From an uncultured Spirochaetota bacterium (GTDB lineage Bacteria > Spirochaetota > Spirochaetia > SZUA-6 > CAVTHK01), in the NCBI GenBank assembly GCA_963734495.1, contig CAVTHK010000003.1:128001-192000 (forward strand): a stretch of DNA of 64,000 nucleotides, given 5' to 3'. This document shows, piece after piece, positions 43,764 through 55,401 of this stretch (within the stretch, counting starts at the first letter, position 1; the number at the start of each line of letters is the position of its first letter). The translations under genes and the position numbers were made by a program. The notes beneath the pieces were generated by a model. It worked only from the letters and a program-made list of their open reading frames with translations. It made no database searches and was not told where the DNA came from.

Positions 43764-43945
43764 GCGAGGACATCCTTGTGCTCAGCCCGGGGCCTACGAC
43801 ATCCATGTCGGCCCCGGGCGCGCACGTCCCTGTGCTCAGCCCGGGGCTACGACATCCATGTCGGCCCCGGGCGCGCACGTCCCTGTGCTCAGCCCGGGGC
43901 TTACGACATCCATGTCGGCCCCGGGCGAGCACATCCCGTGCTCAG
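43764..43945. repeat. Tandem array of three and a partial fourth 53-54 bp palindromic (REP-like) units
   Basis: Unit is approximately GTGCTCAGCCCGGGGCTACGACATCCATGTCGGCCCCGGGCGCGCACGTCCCT. The GTGCTCAG anchor starts at 43778, 43832, 43885 and 43938. Confidence 0.92.
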
Positions 43946-46253
43946 TACGTGAGGCGCATGTAGAGGCGCGGGAGGACTGCGGGCAGGGCGTCGATGGACG
44001 GCAGGATCGCGAAGCGCCTGCCCGGGGAACATGATCTCCATGTCGGCCCGGCTCGCTTTCTCGGTCGAGATGGCGAAGGTGTGGATGCCCTTGCGCCGGT
44101 TCTCCTCGCAGGCCATGCGGACGTCGAACTGGGCGTAGCGGGTCTCGGGGTCGTAGCCCGCGTCCATCGGCCTGCCGTCGGTGACCAGCAGCACGAGCTT
44201 CTGGCGGCTGCGGCGCGCCCGCGAGCAGCGTCCCCGAGTGGCGCAGCGCGGCGCCGATGCGGGTCGAGCTGCGCGGCGCCGCGCCCATCAGCCTGCGGAT
44301 CGTCTCGGGTCCCCAGGCGGTCGGCGAAGCCCTTGTAGACGTAGTACTCGCAGTTCTCGCGGCCCTGGCCGCTGAAGCCGCAGATCGCGAAGCTGTCGCC
44401 GAGGCCCGCGAGCCCCTGCCCGAGGATCAGGGCCGACTCGCGCTCGATCTCGATGATGCGTCTGCGCCTCCCGCTCCTCGTCCCGGTCGAGCCGCTGCAG
44501 TCCATCAGGATCAGCGTCGCGAGGTCGCGCTTGCGGATGCGCGGCTTCTGGTAGAAGCGCACCGGCGGCGACGGCTCGTGCCTGCGGCTCACGAGGAACT
44601 CCACGAGAAGGTCGACGTCGATCGCGTCGCCGCTCTCCAGCCTCTTTTCCTTGCCGCCAGGTCCGGCTTGAGCCACTCGAAGATGCGCCGCGTCCTCTGG
44701 CCCTGCTCCACCACGCCGGGAGGCAGCCTGGGCCGAGCCGACGGGCTCGGCGGCGATCTCGTGCACGACGCAGTGATCGGGCAGGTAGTCGTGATCGCTC
44801 TGGCTCCACTCGTCGTAGACAAAGCCCGCGCTCCCGGCCGCCGGCGAGCGCTCGCCCGTCGGCTTGCCGTGCGCCGACGACGCGGTCCGCGGCCTGCGGC
44901 CCGGCTCGTCGCGGCTTCTCCCTGGCGCCTTCCGGCGCGTCCCCTCAGGTCCGCGATCGCGGCAGTCCGACGGCGGCGCTCGCTCTCGCCCCGGTAGAGG
45001 AAGTCGGGCAGAAAGCTCACGGGCGCAAGCAGCCTCGCTGCGAGAGCGCCGGCAGCGCCTCGGCGGCCTTCTGCATCGGACCGGCGTGAGGCGGCCGGCC
45101 GTGTCGAACGCGTTGACCGAGGCGGCGATCGTCCGCCGCAGGAGCGCGAGCCCGCCGCGCTCGCCCGAGGCCGCGTCGCCGGCGAGCACCGCGAGCCGGC
45201 CCGCCGCGCCGCCGCGCGCTGCGGCCGCCTCCGCGGCCAGCGCCCAGTCCAGGAGCGGGCGCACGCCCGGCCAGGCGGCGCGGGCGTAGCGCAGCGCGCG
45301 GGCGTACTCGATCACGCTGCGAAGAGGTTCAGCGCGAGCGGGTCGTCTCCCGCACGAGGTCGACGGCGCTGCGGAACGAGGGGTGGCCGTGGATCGCGGG
45401 GAAGGCTTCCCACCTCGTGGAGCGCCGCGGCGCGAGACCGCGGCGAGCACGTACCAGCTCCGGTTGGCATCGCGGCGTGCGGATAGGCGCGCTGCCGCTG
45501 CGGCAGGTGCAGCCTGCCGTGCAGGCACACCGTCGAGGAGCCGCGCTCGGCGAGCCGCTCCTCGTCGAGGCCGCGCCAGGTCGGACGACCTCGACGCGTG
45601 CGGCCGCTGAGCGCCTTGAGCAGCCGCGCGAGGTGGCCGCGACCACGGCCGCGAGCGTGCACTCGCGGCTCAGGGTGCGGATCATCGCCTCGCACCCGGC
45701 CAGGCGTGCCCTCGAGGAAGCGCTGGGCGGTCTTCGGGGTGGCCGCCCTGCATGCGCGAGCGCCTCTTCGACGTAGCGGTCGATCTCCGCCGGGCCGAGG
45801 CGCTCGACGAGCCTGCGATAGCCGCGCAGCAGCGCGAACGCGAGCTCGTCGCCCGCCTCGGCGCGCAGCCTCTTGAGCAGCCTCATGAGGTGCGCGATCT
45901 CGTCGGGCGTGCGGCCGAGCCCGCCCTCGCCGAGGAGACGGAAGAAGGTCGTCCCGTAGTAGATCCGCGACTCGGCGAGCTTGCAGCCCATCTCCGTCAC
46001 GTCGGCGAAGATCGAAGGCAGCGACACGATCCAGCGCGTCTCGGGGTTGAGGGCGCGCAGGAAGTCGTAGAGGACGTGGTCGAAGAGGTTGCGCTCGCTG
46101 CGCTTGAGCAGGTCCAGGAACCGGCGCGTGACCGCCTCGTTCTCGGGCCCGAGCAGGCCCTCGTCGAACAGCGAGCCGATGACGCGCTCGAAGACGCCCC
46201 GGTAGCCCCAGCAGACGCCCTTGAAAGGAGAACCCCTCGAAACGGGCGCTCAC
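43942..46253 (-). CDS. NorD/CbbO-like VWA partner protein (heavily frameshifted)
   Basis: [61 protein letters not shown] and [10 protein letters not shown]. Long helical N-terminal region; directly downstream of the NorQ-like gene. Confidence 0.8.
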
Positions 46254-47168
46254 CCGGCCTCCGCGCGGGCCCGGTCGCTGCCGGCGGGCCCCCCGCCGGG
46301 CGCTGGGCCCGGTCGGGCCGTCGCCGGTCGGCGAGCGCCGGGAGCGCGCAAGCTCTCCGAAATGCAGGCTCACGACGCCCTCGATCGAGTCCATGATCTC
46401 GTGCTCGTCGGTCAGGGTCTGGCTGATGGCGCTCCGGCACGCGGTGAGCGCGTCGAGGCCGGACCTCATCAGCCGGCCCACGTACACGAGCAGGCGCGAG
46501 CTCACCCCTTCTTCCAGCCCGAAGCCCTTGAGCTCCCGGAGGCGCGCGCCCATCTCCGCGAGCCTGCGGCTCGTGTCGGCGTCCAGGCCCGTCTCGCGTG
46601 CGCACGATCTCGGTCTCGATCTCCACAGGCGGATGGTCGAATACGAGGCTCGCGAAGCGCTGCTTGGTGGACTGCTTGAGGTCCTTGACGATGCTCTGGT
46701 AGCCGGGGTTGTAGCTGAGCGCCATCATGAAGGCCGGCGTGCGCCCGCACCACCTCGCCGGTCTTGTCGATGTAGAGCATGCGGCGGTCGTCGGTGAGCG
46801 AGTGGATGACGACCGTCGTGTCCTTGCGCGCCTCGACGATCTCGTCGAGGTAGCAGATGCCGCCGTAGCGCACCGCGAGGGTGAGCGGACCGTCCTGCCA
46901 GACCGTCTCGTCGTCCCGCAGCAGGTAGCGGCCGACCAGGTCGGAGGCCGTCAGGTCTTCGTGGCAGGACACGGTCACCAGGGGAAGGCCGAGGGCATGA
47001 GCCATGTGCTCGACAAAGCGGGTCTTGCCGCACCCGGTCGGCCCTTTGAGGATCACCGGGATGCGGGAGGCGAAGGCGGCGCGGAACACCTTCTCCTCCT
47101 GCCCGTGGGGTATGTAGTTGGGCGCGAAAGGGCACCCGGAAGCGCTCGAGGTACTCGGTCCTGTCCAC
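46250..47168 (-). CDS. CbbQ/NirQ/NorQ family MoxR AAA+ ATPase (frameshifted)
   Basis: [70 protein letters not shown] and [13 protein letters not shown]. The 3' end is approximate. Confidence 0.92.
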
Positions 47169-47331
47169 CCCACACGATTACACCCGCGCGGCCCGCAGAG
47201 GCAAGCGCCGCCCGACACGGCGCCCTGGTCCCGAGTCCTCGAGGGAATGCGGGCCCCGCCGGCGCCAGGCGCCCTGGCCCAGCGTACTCGCTGGGGATGG
47301 CAAAGCCGGCGGGCGCACCCGCCCCCCAGGC

Positions 47332-47360
47332 TTGAATCCGGTGCGGCGGGGCGATAGACT
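47332..47360 (+). promoter_or_regulatory. Promoter of the hybrid kinase gene, very short leader
   Basis: TTGAAT-N17-TAGACT, then 11 nt to the GTG; no Shine-Dalgarno sequence. Confidence 0.5.
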
Positions 47361-47371
47361 CTGGCTCGCCC

Positions 47372-49295
47372 GTGAACGCACCCTTCCCTTTCGACAACGA
47401 GCTGCTCGCCGACGTCGTGCGCCAGGCGACCGAGTCGATCGTCGTGACCGATCTCGACGGCAACATCGAGTACGTGAACCCGGCCTTCGAGCGCGTGACC
47501 GGCTACGCCGCCTCGGAGGTGCTCGGCCGCAACCCGCGCGTCCTCAGGGCCGAGTCCGCCGCCTACCCGCAGTCGTTCTACGCGGACATGTGGCGGACGA
47601 TCAGCGCCGGTGAGGTCTGGCGCGGCGAGTTCACGAACCGGCGCAAGGACGGCACGATCTACGTCGAGGAGGCGGTGATCTTTCCGATCCGCGAGGCACC
47701 GTCCGGGCCGGATCACGCGTTTCGGCGCGGTCAAGGCGGACGTGACCCGGCGCAAGGAGCTGGAGGGCCGGCTCCGCGAATCCTACGACGAGATGGTCGA
47801 GGCTCAAGGAGCAGGCCGAGCAGGCGAACGCGGCCAAGAGCGAGTTCCTCGCCCACATGAGCCACGAGATCCGCACGCCGTTGAACGGGATCATCGGCTT
47901 CCTCGAGCTGCTGGCGCGCACGCGTCTGGACGACACCCAGGCCGACTTCGTGCGGCTCGTCCGCCGCAGCGCGCAGAACCTGCTGGGAGTCATCAACGAC
48001 GTCCTGGACCTGTCGAAGATCGAGAGCGGCAGGCTGGAGCTCGAGCAGGTCGGGTTCGACCCGCGCCAGGAGCTGGAATCGATCGTCGACCTCTTCAGCT
48101 CGGGGGCGAGCGAGAAGAGCATCCATTTCTACTGCTTTATCGACCCGGCCCTGCCGGCGCGCCTGATCGGGGATCCGCTTCGGATCAAGCAGGTGCTCGC
48201 CAACTTCATCAGCAACGCGCTGAAGTTCACGCCCGAGGGGCGGCTGGTCTCGGTCGAAGTGCGGGTGACCGGGTCGAGCGGCGGGCGCTGCCGGATCCTC
48301 TTCTCGGTCGCGGATGAGGGCATCGGGATCCCCAAGGACCGGCAGCGCACGATCCTGGAGGCTTATACCCAGGGGGACAGCTCGGTGAGCCGGAAGTTCG
48401 GGGGCACGGGTCTCGGGCTCACCATCAGCCAGCGGCTGATCACGCAGATGGGGAGCACGCTCGAGCTCGAAAGCGACGAGGGCAAGGGCACCCGCTTCAG
48501 CTTCGAGATCGAGCTGCCGATCGCCGACGCCGGCAGGAGCGATGGCGGCAAGAGGCTGCGCGTCGCCCTGGCGCACGGCGGGCCGCCTCCGCTCGAGCGG
48601 CTGATCCGCGAGTACCTCGAGGGGCTCGGGTGCGACACGGTGCCCGTCGGAGATCCCGCCGAGGTGCCGCACGGCTGCGACGTGATCGTCATGGTCCACA
48701 CGGGCGGCGACCGCGACGGCGCGAGGGCGTTCGCCGCCACGGGCGTTCCGGTGGTCGTCGTCGCGGAGCCCGCGCAGAGGGCCGAAGCCGACACGCTGCC
48801 GGTCGCGAGGGTGATCTATACTCCGTTGCACGGATCGCGCCTGAACGAGGCGCTGCTCGCGGCCAAGGGGGCCGGCGGCGTCGAGGCGCCGCGGGAGAGC
48901 CGGCCTCGCGGCGCTGCCGCAGGCGCGGGGCCGGGCGCTCGTCGCCGAGGACAACGCGGTCAACCAGAAGCTGATCGGCTACATGCTGCGGGCGGCCGGC
49001 GTCGAGGCCGACATGGCTGCCGACGGCGAGCAGGCCGTCTCCATGTTCGCCTCGGGCAGCTACGACATCGTCTTCATGGACGCGAGCATGCCGGTGCGTC
49101 GACGGCCTGGAGGCCACCCGGCGCATCCGGCTCCTGGAGCGCGAGCAGGGGCGGTGGCACACCCCGATCGTCGCGCTCACGGCCCACGCGGTCAAAGGGG
49201 ACCGGGAGCGGTTCCTGGCGGCCGGGATGGACGACTACCTGCCCAAGCCGATCGACGTCGACGCCCTCGCGCGGCTGCTCGCGCGCCGGCTCTGA
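47372..49295 (+). CDS. Cytoplasmic PAS-domain hybrid histidine kinase / response regulator (frameshifted)
   Basis: PAS ([14 protein letters not shown]...GRNPR...[12 protein letters not shown]); H-box [37 protein letters not shown]; receiver AEDNAVNQ...FMDASMP...ALTAH...KP. Confidence 0.93.
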
Positions 49296-49328
49296 GCCGC
49301 GGCTGCCGCCGCGAGTCCTCCGGGGGCG

Positions 49329-49807
49329 TCAGGCCCCGCGCGGATGGAACGACTTCTTCTCGAGCTCCCTGATCTTGTCGACCTTGGGCTGGGAGCGCCC
49401 GCCCTGGAAATCCGAAGGGCAGCCACGCATCGACGATGGACTTCGCGAGCTCCGGCCCGATGACGCGCGCGCCCATCGTGAGCACCTGCGCGTCGTTGCT
49501 CTTGCGCAGACGCTCCGCCGAGTACACGTCGTGCGCCGTGCCCGCGTAGACTCCTTCGACCTTGTTCGCGATGATGGCCATCCCGAGGCCGGTCCCGCAC
49601 ATGAGGATCCCCCTGTCGAAGTCTCCCGCGCGGATCCTCGAGGCCAGGTTGTATCCGATCTCCGGGTAGTCGGCCTTGCGGCTGCCCAGGGTAGTCGAGG
49701 TCGGTGACGTCGACACCTTTCGCCCTGAGGTGAGCGACGATCTCCTTCTTGAGCTCGATCGCGGCGTCGTCGCAGTCGATCGCGAGCCGCACCTTGTTCC
49801 CCGCCAT
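49329..49807 (-). CDS. rpiB: RpiB/LacAB family sugar-phosphate isomerase (frameshifted)
   Basis: [51 protein letters not shown] and [10 protein letters not shown]. Upstream TTGACG-N17-TACATT. Confidence 0.85.
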
Positions 49808-49903
49808 CAGCGCCCCCTGTTGCGGCCAATGTAGGGGCGCGCGGCCGGCGCGTCAAAGGCGGCCGGGGCGGTGCGGGGCGGTGCAGCCGCGGCCGCGGGG
49901 CGC

Positions 49904-50823
49904 CTACTTCACCTTGACCGTCGTCTCGACCGACATCCCCGGCACGAGGACCGCGCCGGCCGGGATGCCGTCGAAGGTTATCTTGACGGGGATCTTCTGC
50001 GTGATCTTCGTGGACTCGCCGATCGAGAAGGGCGGCGGCACGATCGCGGCAGCCACCTGGGCGACGCGCCCGCGGAACCTGAGCTGCGGGTACGCGTCGA
50101 CCCGATCCGGACCGGGTCGCCGGGATGGATCATGCGGATCTTCGTCTCCTCGTAGTTGGCGACGACCCAGACGTCGCTCAGGTCGTTGATCGAGGAGGAT
50201 CGACTGCCCCCGGCTGGACCACCTCGCCCTGCGAAAACGAGCGCCGGGCCACGACCACGCCGGAGATCGGCGCGGTGATCCTCGCGGCCTGGATCTGGGT
50301 CTCCACGACCCCGAGCTGCGCCCTGGCCGTCTCTACCTGGGCGCCGGGCGATCGCGTGCTGCGCCTCCGCGGCATCGAGGGCCTTGGCCGCGTGATCGTA
50401 CTGCTCGGCGGAGGAGTTGCCCGAGCTGAAGAGGGCCTTGGCCCGCTGGAAGTCGTTTTTCGCCTTCTCGAGGTTGATCCGCCGTGAGGTTCAGGCTGAG
50501 ATCGGCGTTGGTGACGGAGGCCGAGAGCTGCGCGGCCTGCGCGCGCAGCTCCGAGTCGTCGAGCTGCACCAGCAGCTGGCCGGCCTCGACGCGGGTCCCT
50601 TCGTCGACCGGCAGGGACGGCGATGCGCCCCATGATTCGCGAGCTGACGGACACGTGAGCGCCGTCCACCGCCGCGTCGTCGGTCGCGACGTAGCGGATC
50701 GTCCAGATCCAGTACCCGATGCCCGCCCGCCGCCGCGAGCGACCAGGACCAGCAGGACGATCGTGCCGACGAGCGACCGGGCCGCCGGTGGTCCTCCGGC
50801 TTCGGCGAGGCCGACCTTTCCAC
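49904..50823 (-). CDS. HlyD/EmrA-family membrane fusion protein (frameshifted)
   Basis: [70 protein letters not shown] and LVPGMSVE. Confidence 0.85.
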
Positions 50824-50857
50824 GACTGAGAATCCTCGCCCCGCTGGCGGGCGAGAC

Positions 50858-52823
50858 CTATCCGGCGCGATGTGCGTCGCCACTGGCTGCCCCCGTGAAC
50901 TGGCTGTAGTAGAGCTCGGCGTAGAACCCGCCGCTTGGAGCAGCAGGTCCTTGTGATTCCCCATCTCGATGATGCTGCCGTTGTTCATGACGAGGATGGT
51001 CTCGGCGTCGCGGATCGTCGACAGCCGGTGCGCGATCACGAAGCTCGTTCTCCCCTTCATGAGCTCCTGCATGGCCTTCTGGATGTGGACCTCGGTCCTC
51101 GTGTCGACGCTGCTGGTGGCCTCGTCGAGGATGAGGATCGCGGGGTCGGCCAGGATGGCGCGCGCGATCGTGAGCAGCTGCCTCTCGCCCTGCGAAAGCG
51201 TCGAGGCCTCCTCGTTCAGCACCGTACTGTAGCCCTCCGGCAGGGCCCTGATAAAGTGGTCCGCGTGGGCGGCCCTGGCCGCCCGCACGATCTCCTCGTC
51301 GCGTGGCTCCCTCCCTGCCGTAGGCGATGTTCTCCCTGATGGTCCCGTTGAAGAGCCAGGTGTCCTGGAGGACCATGCCGAACATCGTGCGCAGGCTGCC
51401 GCGCCGCAGGTCGCGGATGTCGATGCCGTCCACCGTGATCCTGCCGGAGTCGATCTCGTAGAACCGCATCAGGAGGTTCACCAGCGTGGTCTTGCCCGCC
51501 CCGGTGGGCCCGACGATCGCAATCGTTTGCCCCGGCGCGACGTCGATGCTCATGTCCTCCATGAGCGGGGCGTCCGGCGAGTAGCCGAACCTGACGTGGT
51601 CGAACTTGACCGCGCCCCGGGGCGAATCGATGACCCTCGCGTCCGGGGCCTCGGGGACCTCCTCGGTCTCGTCGAGGAGCTCGAAGACCCGCTCCGCCGA
51701 TGCGATCGTGGATTGCAGGATGTTGGCGATGCTCGCGGTCTGGATGATCGGCTGCGTGAACTGCCGCGAGTACTGGAGGAACGCCTGCACGTCGCCGAGC
51801 TCGATCAGCCTCTTCGTGACGTATATGCCGCCCATGACGGAGACGATCACGTAGCCGATGTTGTTCACGAACCGCATCATCGGGAAAGATGAGGCCCGAC
51901 ACAAACTGCGCGCGCCAGGCGGCGCGGTAGAGCCGGTCGTTGATCTCGCGGAACTCCTGCACCGACCTCGCCTCGTGGCGGAACGCCTTGACCACCTTGT
52001 GGCCCGTGTACATCTCCTCGATGTGCCCGTTGAGCTCCCCGAGCACCCGCTGCTGGGCGACGAAGTGCTTCTGCGAGTGCGCGGGCGATCGTCGAGGTGC
52101 CGACGAAGGACATCGGGCAGGGTCACGATCGCGATGACGGTGAGCATCGGACTGATGGACAGCATCATGACGACGACGCCGAGGATGGTGCAGACCGAGG
52201 TGATCAGCTGCGTCATGCTCTGCTGCAGCGTCGAGCTGATGTTGTCGATGTCGTTGGTGACGCGGCTCATGATCTCGCCGTGGACGTGGGAATCGAGGTA
52301 CTTGAGGGGGAGCCGCGCGAGCTTGTCGTTGGCGTCGCGGCGCATGTCGAACACCGTGAGCTGCGAGACCGCCGGCCATGATGTTCTGCTGCACGAAGCT
52401 GAAGAACGGCGCTGGCGAGGTAGAGCCCGAGCAGCGCCGCGAGGATCGACCCGATGTACTTGAAGTCGATCGTCGGTACCGTCTGGTGCATCCGGTGGGC
52501 CGCGATCTTGGCGATGATCCCGTGAAAGAGCCTGGTCGTGGCGTTGCCCATGATCTTGGGGCCGAGGATGCTGAACGCCGTGCTGAGGACCGCGAACACG
52601 ACGACCGTGACGATCTGAGCGGTGTGCGGCCTCAGGTAGACCATGAGCCTCTTGAGGGTCCCGAGGAAATCCTTGGGCTTCTCGAGCGACGACCGCGAGC
52701 GGACCGCGGCCGGTGAACGCGCCCATGCCGCCCGGCCGCCCGCCGGGCGGTCTGCCCGAAGAACCCGGGCGCCGTCGCCGGCCGCGCCGCGCCCGCCGCT
52801 TCCGGCCGTCGGTCCCCGCTCAC
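50858..52823 (-). CDS. Heterodimeric ABC exporter subunit 2 (TM288-like; frameshifted)
   Basis: [73 protein letters not shown] and IAHRLST. Confidence 0.93.
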
Positions 52824-54547
52824 GAGAGCTCCTCCTCCGAAAGCTGCGACGCGACGATCTCCTGGTAGACGCGGCAGGTCCGGTAGAGGTCGCGGTGCGT
52901 ACCCATCCCGGCGATGCGGCCGTCGTCGAGCACGATGATCCGGTCGGCGTCCATGATGGTGGCGACCCTCTGTCCGACGATGATCACGGTGGAATCGGCG
53001 GTTCGGCTCTTCAGGGCGGCGCGCAGCCTCGCGTCCGTCCTGAAGTCGAGGGCCGAGAAGCTGTCGTCGAATATGTAGATCTCCGGCCGGGCTACGATCG
53101 CGCGGGCGATGGAAAGCCTCTGCTTCTGTCCGCCGGAGACGTTGGTGCCGCCCTGCGCGATGATCGCGTCGTACCCCGCCTCCATCGCGTCGATGAACTC
53201 GGTCGCCTGGGCGATCCCTGCCGCCTCCCGCATCTCGGCGTCGCTCGCGTCGAGCTTGCCGTAGCGGATGTTGTCCCCGATCGTGCCGGAGAACAGGACC
53301 GTGGCCTGCGGCACGAGCCCGATCCTGGCGCGCAGCTCGTCCTGCTTGATCTGGCGCACGTCCACGCCGTCGACCTCCACGGAGCCGTGCTGCACGTCGT
53401 AGAAGCGCGGGATCAGGTTGATGAGCGTCGACTTGCCGGAGCCCGTGCTCCCGATGATCGCGACCACCTCTCCGGGCCGGGCGGAGAACGAGATGTTCCT
53501 CAGCGCCGGCTCCTCGGCGCCCGGGTAGCGGAAGGTCACGTCCTTGAACTCGATGAGGCCCCTTCGCCCGTTGACACCCGCGCTCATCGGGGGGTCGACG
53601 ATCCCGGGCACCGTCTCGAGGACCTCGTTGATCCTGGCCGCGGATGCCTGCGCCCGCGGGATCGTGACGAACATCAGCGAGGCCATCATGAGCGAGAACA
53701 TGATCTGCGTCGCATACTGCAGGAACGCCATCATGTCGCCCACGTTCGTGGTCCCGTGCTCGATCCTCACGCTGCCGAACCAGACGACGGCGATGGCGGT
53801 CAGGTTCATGATCAGCGTCATGATCGGCATCATCGAGGCGATGAGCTTTGTCACGGCGACGGTGGTCTCGGTCAGGTCGACGTTGGCGTCGCGGAAGCGC
53901 GCCTTCTCGTGGTCGATGCGGTCGAACGCGCGGATGACCCGCATACCCGTCAGGGTCTCGCGCAGGACGAGGTTGATGCGGTCGATCTTCTTCTGGATCG
54001 CCTGGAACAGGGGGAAGGCTTTCGTCGCGAGGATGACGACCACCGCGGCGAGGAGGGGCAGCACGACGACGAACACCCAGCCGAGCTGCCGGTCCTTGGA
54101 GATCGCGAGGATGATGCCGCCGATGCACGTCGTGGGCGCCATGATCATCTGGCGCATCATCATCAGCGTCACCGACTGGACCTGGGTGACGTCGTTGGTC
54201 GTCCGCGTCACGAGCGACGGGGTCCCGAGCCTGTCGAACTCACGCAAGCTGAAGGTCGAGACGTGCGTGAAGATCTCGTCGCGGAGGATCCGGCCGTAGC
54301 CCATGGAGACCTGCGACGACAGGTACATGCCGACGACCGCGCAGACGGTCCCGCCCCCGGTCACGAGGAGCATCAGGCCGCCGACCCTCACGATGTAGGC
54401 GATGTCGCCGTTGATGATCCCGGAGTTGACGATGTCCGACATCAGGTTGGGCAGGTAGAGCTCGGCCATCGCCTGGGCGAACACCAGGACGATCACCGCG
54501 ATCACGGCAATCCTGTACGGCCTCAGGAACTTCAGCAGCTTGCCCAC
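52820..54547 (-). CDS. Heterodimeric ABC exporter subunit 1 (TM287-like)
   Basis: ELYLPNLM, SLVTRTTNDV, RETLTGMRVIRAF, GSTGSGKST, VSGGQKQRLSIARA, FDDSFSALD and VGQRV (degenerate site). Intact ORF from GTG at 54547. Confidence 0.94.
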   Translation of the reverse strand: MGKLLKFLRPYRIAVIAVIVLVFAQAMAELYLPNLMSDIVNSGIINGDIAYIVRVGGLMLLVTGGGTVCAVVGMYLSSQVSMGYGRILRDEIFTHVSTFSLREFDRLGTPSLVTRTTNDVTQVQSVTLMMMRQMIMAPTTCIGGIILAISKDRQLGWVFVVVLPLLAAVVVILATKAFPLFQAIQKKIDRINLVLRETLTGMRVIRAFDRIDHEKARFRDANVDLTETTVAVTKLIASMMPIMTLIMNLTAIAVVWFGSVRIEHGTTNVGDMMAFLQYATQIMFSLMMASLMFVTIPRAQASAARINEVLETVPGIVDPPMSAGVNGRRGLIEFKDVTFRYPGAEEPALRNISFSARPGEVVAIIGSTGSGKSTLINLIPRFYDVQHGSVEVDGVDVRQIKQDELRARIGLVPQATVLFSGTIGDNIRYGKLDASDAEMREAAGIAQATEFIDAMEAGYDAIIAQGGTNVSGGQKQRLSIARAIVARPEIYIFDDSFSALDFRTDARLRAALKSRTADSTVIIVGQRVATIMDADRIIVLDDGRIAGMGTHRDLYRTCRVYQEIVASQLSEEELS

Positions 54548-54802
54548 CGACCACCGTCCCCCGGCACCGGGCGACCGGCATCCGGTGCGCCGGACGCCGA
54601 CGGTGTAGCATACCCCGAATCGCGCCCCCGTGTGAGCAGGGGGGCGCCGGCGCCCTGGACCGAACCCGCCGCATTTCCCGCGCGCGCGGCGCCTGCCGTG
54701 CCCCGCCGGCGGCGGCGCTTCACGCGGCTGCCGGGCCACCCGGGCAGTTGCGCGTCCGCGCCATATCGGTTATGAATTCTCAAGTACAAAGGGAGGTCTT
54801 TC

Positions 54803-55375
54803 ATGGAGCTCAAGGGATCCCAGACCGAAAAGAACCTGTTGGGGGCGTTCGCCGGGGAGTCCCAGGCCCGGAACAGGTACACGTATTTCTCCTCCAAGGC
54901 GCGCGAGGAAGGCTTTATGCAGATCGCCGCGATCTTCGAGGAGACCGCGAACCAGGAGAAGGAGCACGCCAAGCGCTTCTTCTCCATGCTCAAAGGCGGC
55001 GACGTCGAGATCGTGGCGGCGTTCCCGGCGGGAGTCGTCGGAAGCACCGCCGACAACCTCAAGGCTGCCGCCGGCGGCGAGAACCACGAGTGGACGAAGT
55101 TGTACAAGGACTTCGCCGAGGTCGCGCGGAAGGAAGGGTTCGATTCGGTCGCCCGGCTGTTCGACGCCATCTCGGTGGCTGAGAAGCAGCACGAGAAACG
55201 TTACCTCGGCTTGCTCGCCAACGTCCAGAACGGCAAGGTCTTCAAGAAGGACAAGAAGGTGGTGTGGCGCTGCACGAACTGCGGGTACCTGCACGAAGGT
55301 CCCGAGGCGCCGGCGGCCTGTCCCGCGTGCGCGCACCCTCGCTCTTACTACGAGGTGCTCGGCGAAAACTGGTAA
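54803..55375 (+). CDS. rbr: Rubrerythrin
   Basis: TEKNLLGAFAGESQARNRY, EKEHA, GENHE, AEKQHE and rubredoxin-like WRCTNCGY...CPACAHP. GGGAGG RBS. Confidence 0.97.
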   Translation: MELKGSQTEKNLLGAFAGESQARNRYTYFSSKAREEGFMQIAAIFEETANQEKEHAKRFFSMLKGGDVEIVAAFPAGVVGSTADNLKAAAGGENHEWTKLYKDFAEVARKEGFDSVARLFDAISVAEKQHEKRYLGLLANVQNGKVFKKDKKVVWRCTNCGYLHEGPEAPAACPACAHPRSYYEVLGENW

Positions 55376-55401
55376 GCCGCGTCGGGACCGTCCCCTGGCA
55401 G

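Noticed and set aside
43764-43945. CRISPR array
   Set aside because: The units are contiguous near-identical repeats with no unique spacers, and there are no cas genes in the window.
41201-43963. Long antisense and alternate-frame ORFs (for example 41201..43963 +, 33246..35384 +, 19053..20885 +, 15810..17555 -)
   Set aside because: These are shadow ORFs expected in high-GC DNA. They mirror well-supported genes on the other strand and have no motifs of their own.
45312-46553. NorQ-NorD fusion
   Set aside because: A GTGA overlap at 46250-46253 preceded by GGAGG suggests separate genes, and the region is indel-rich.
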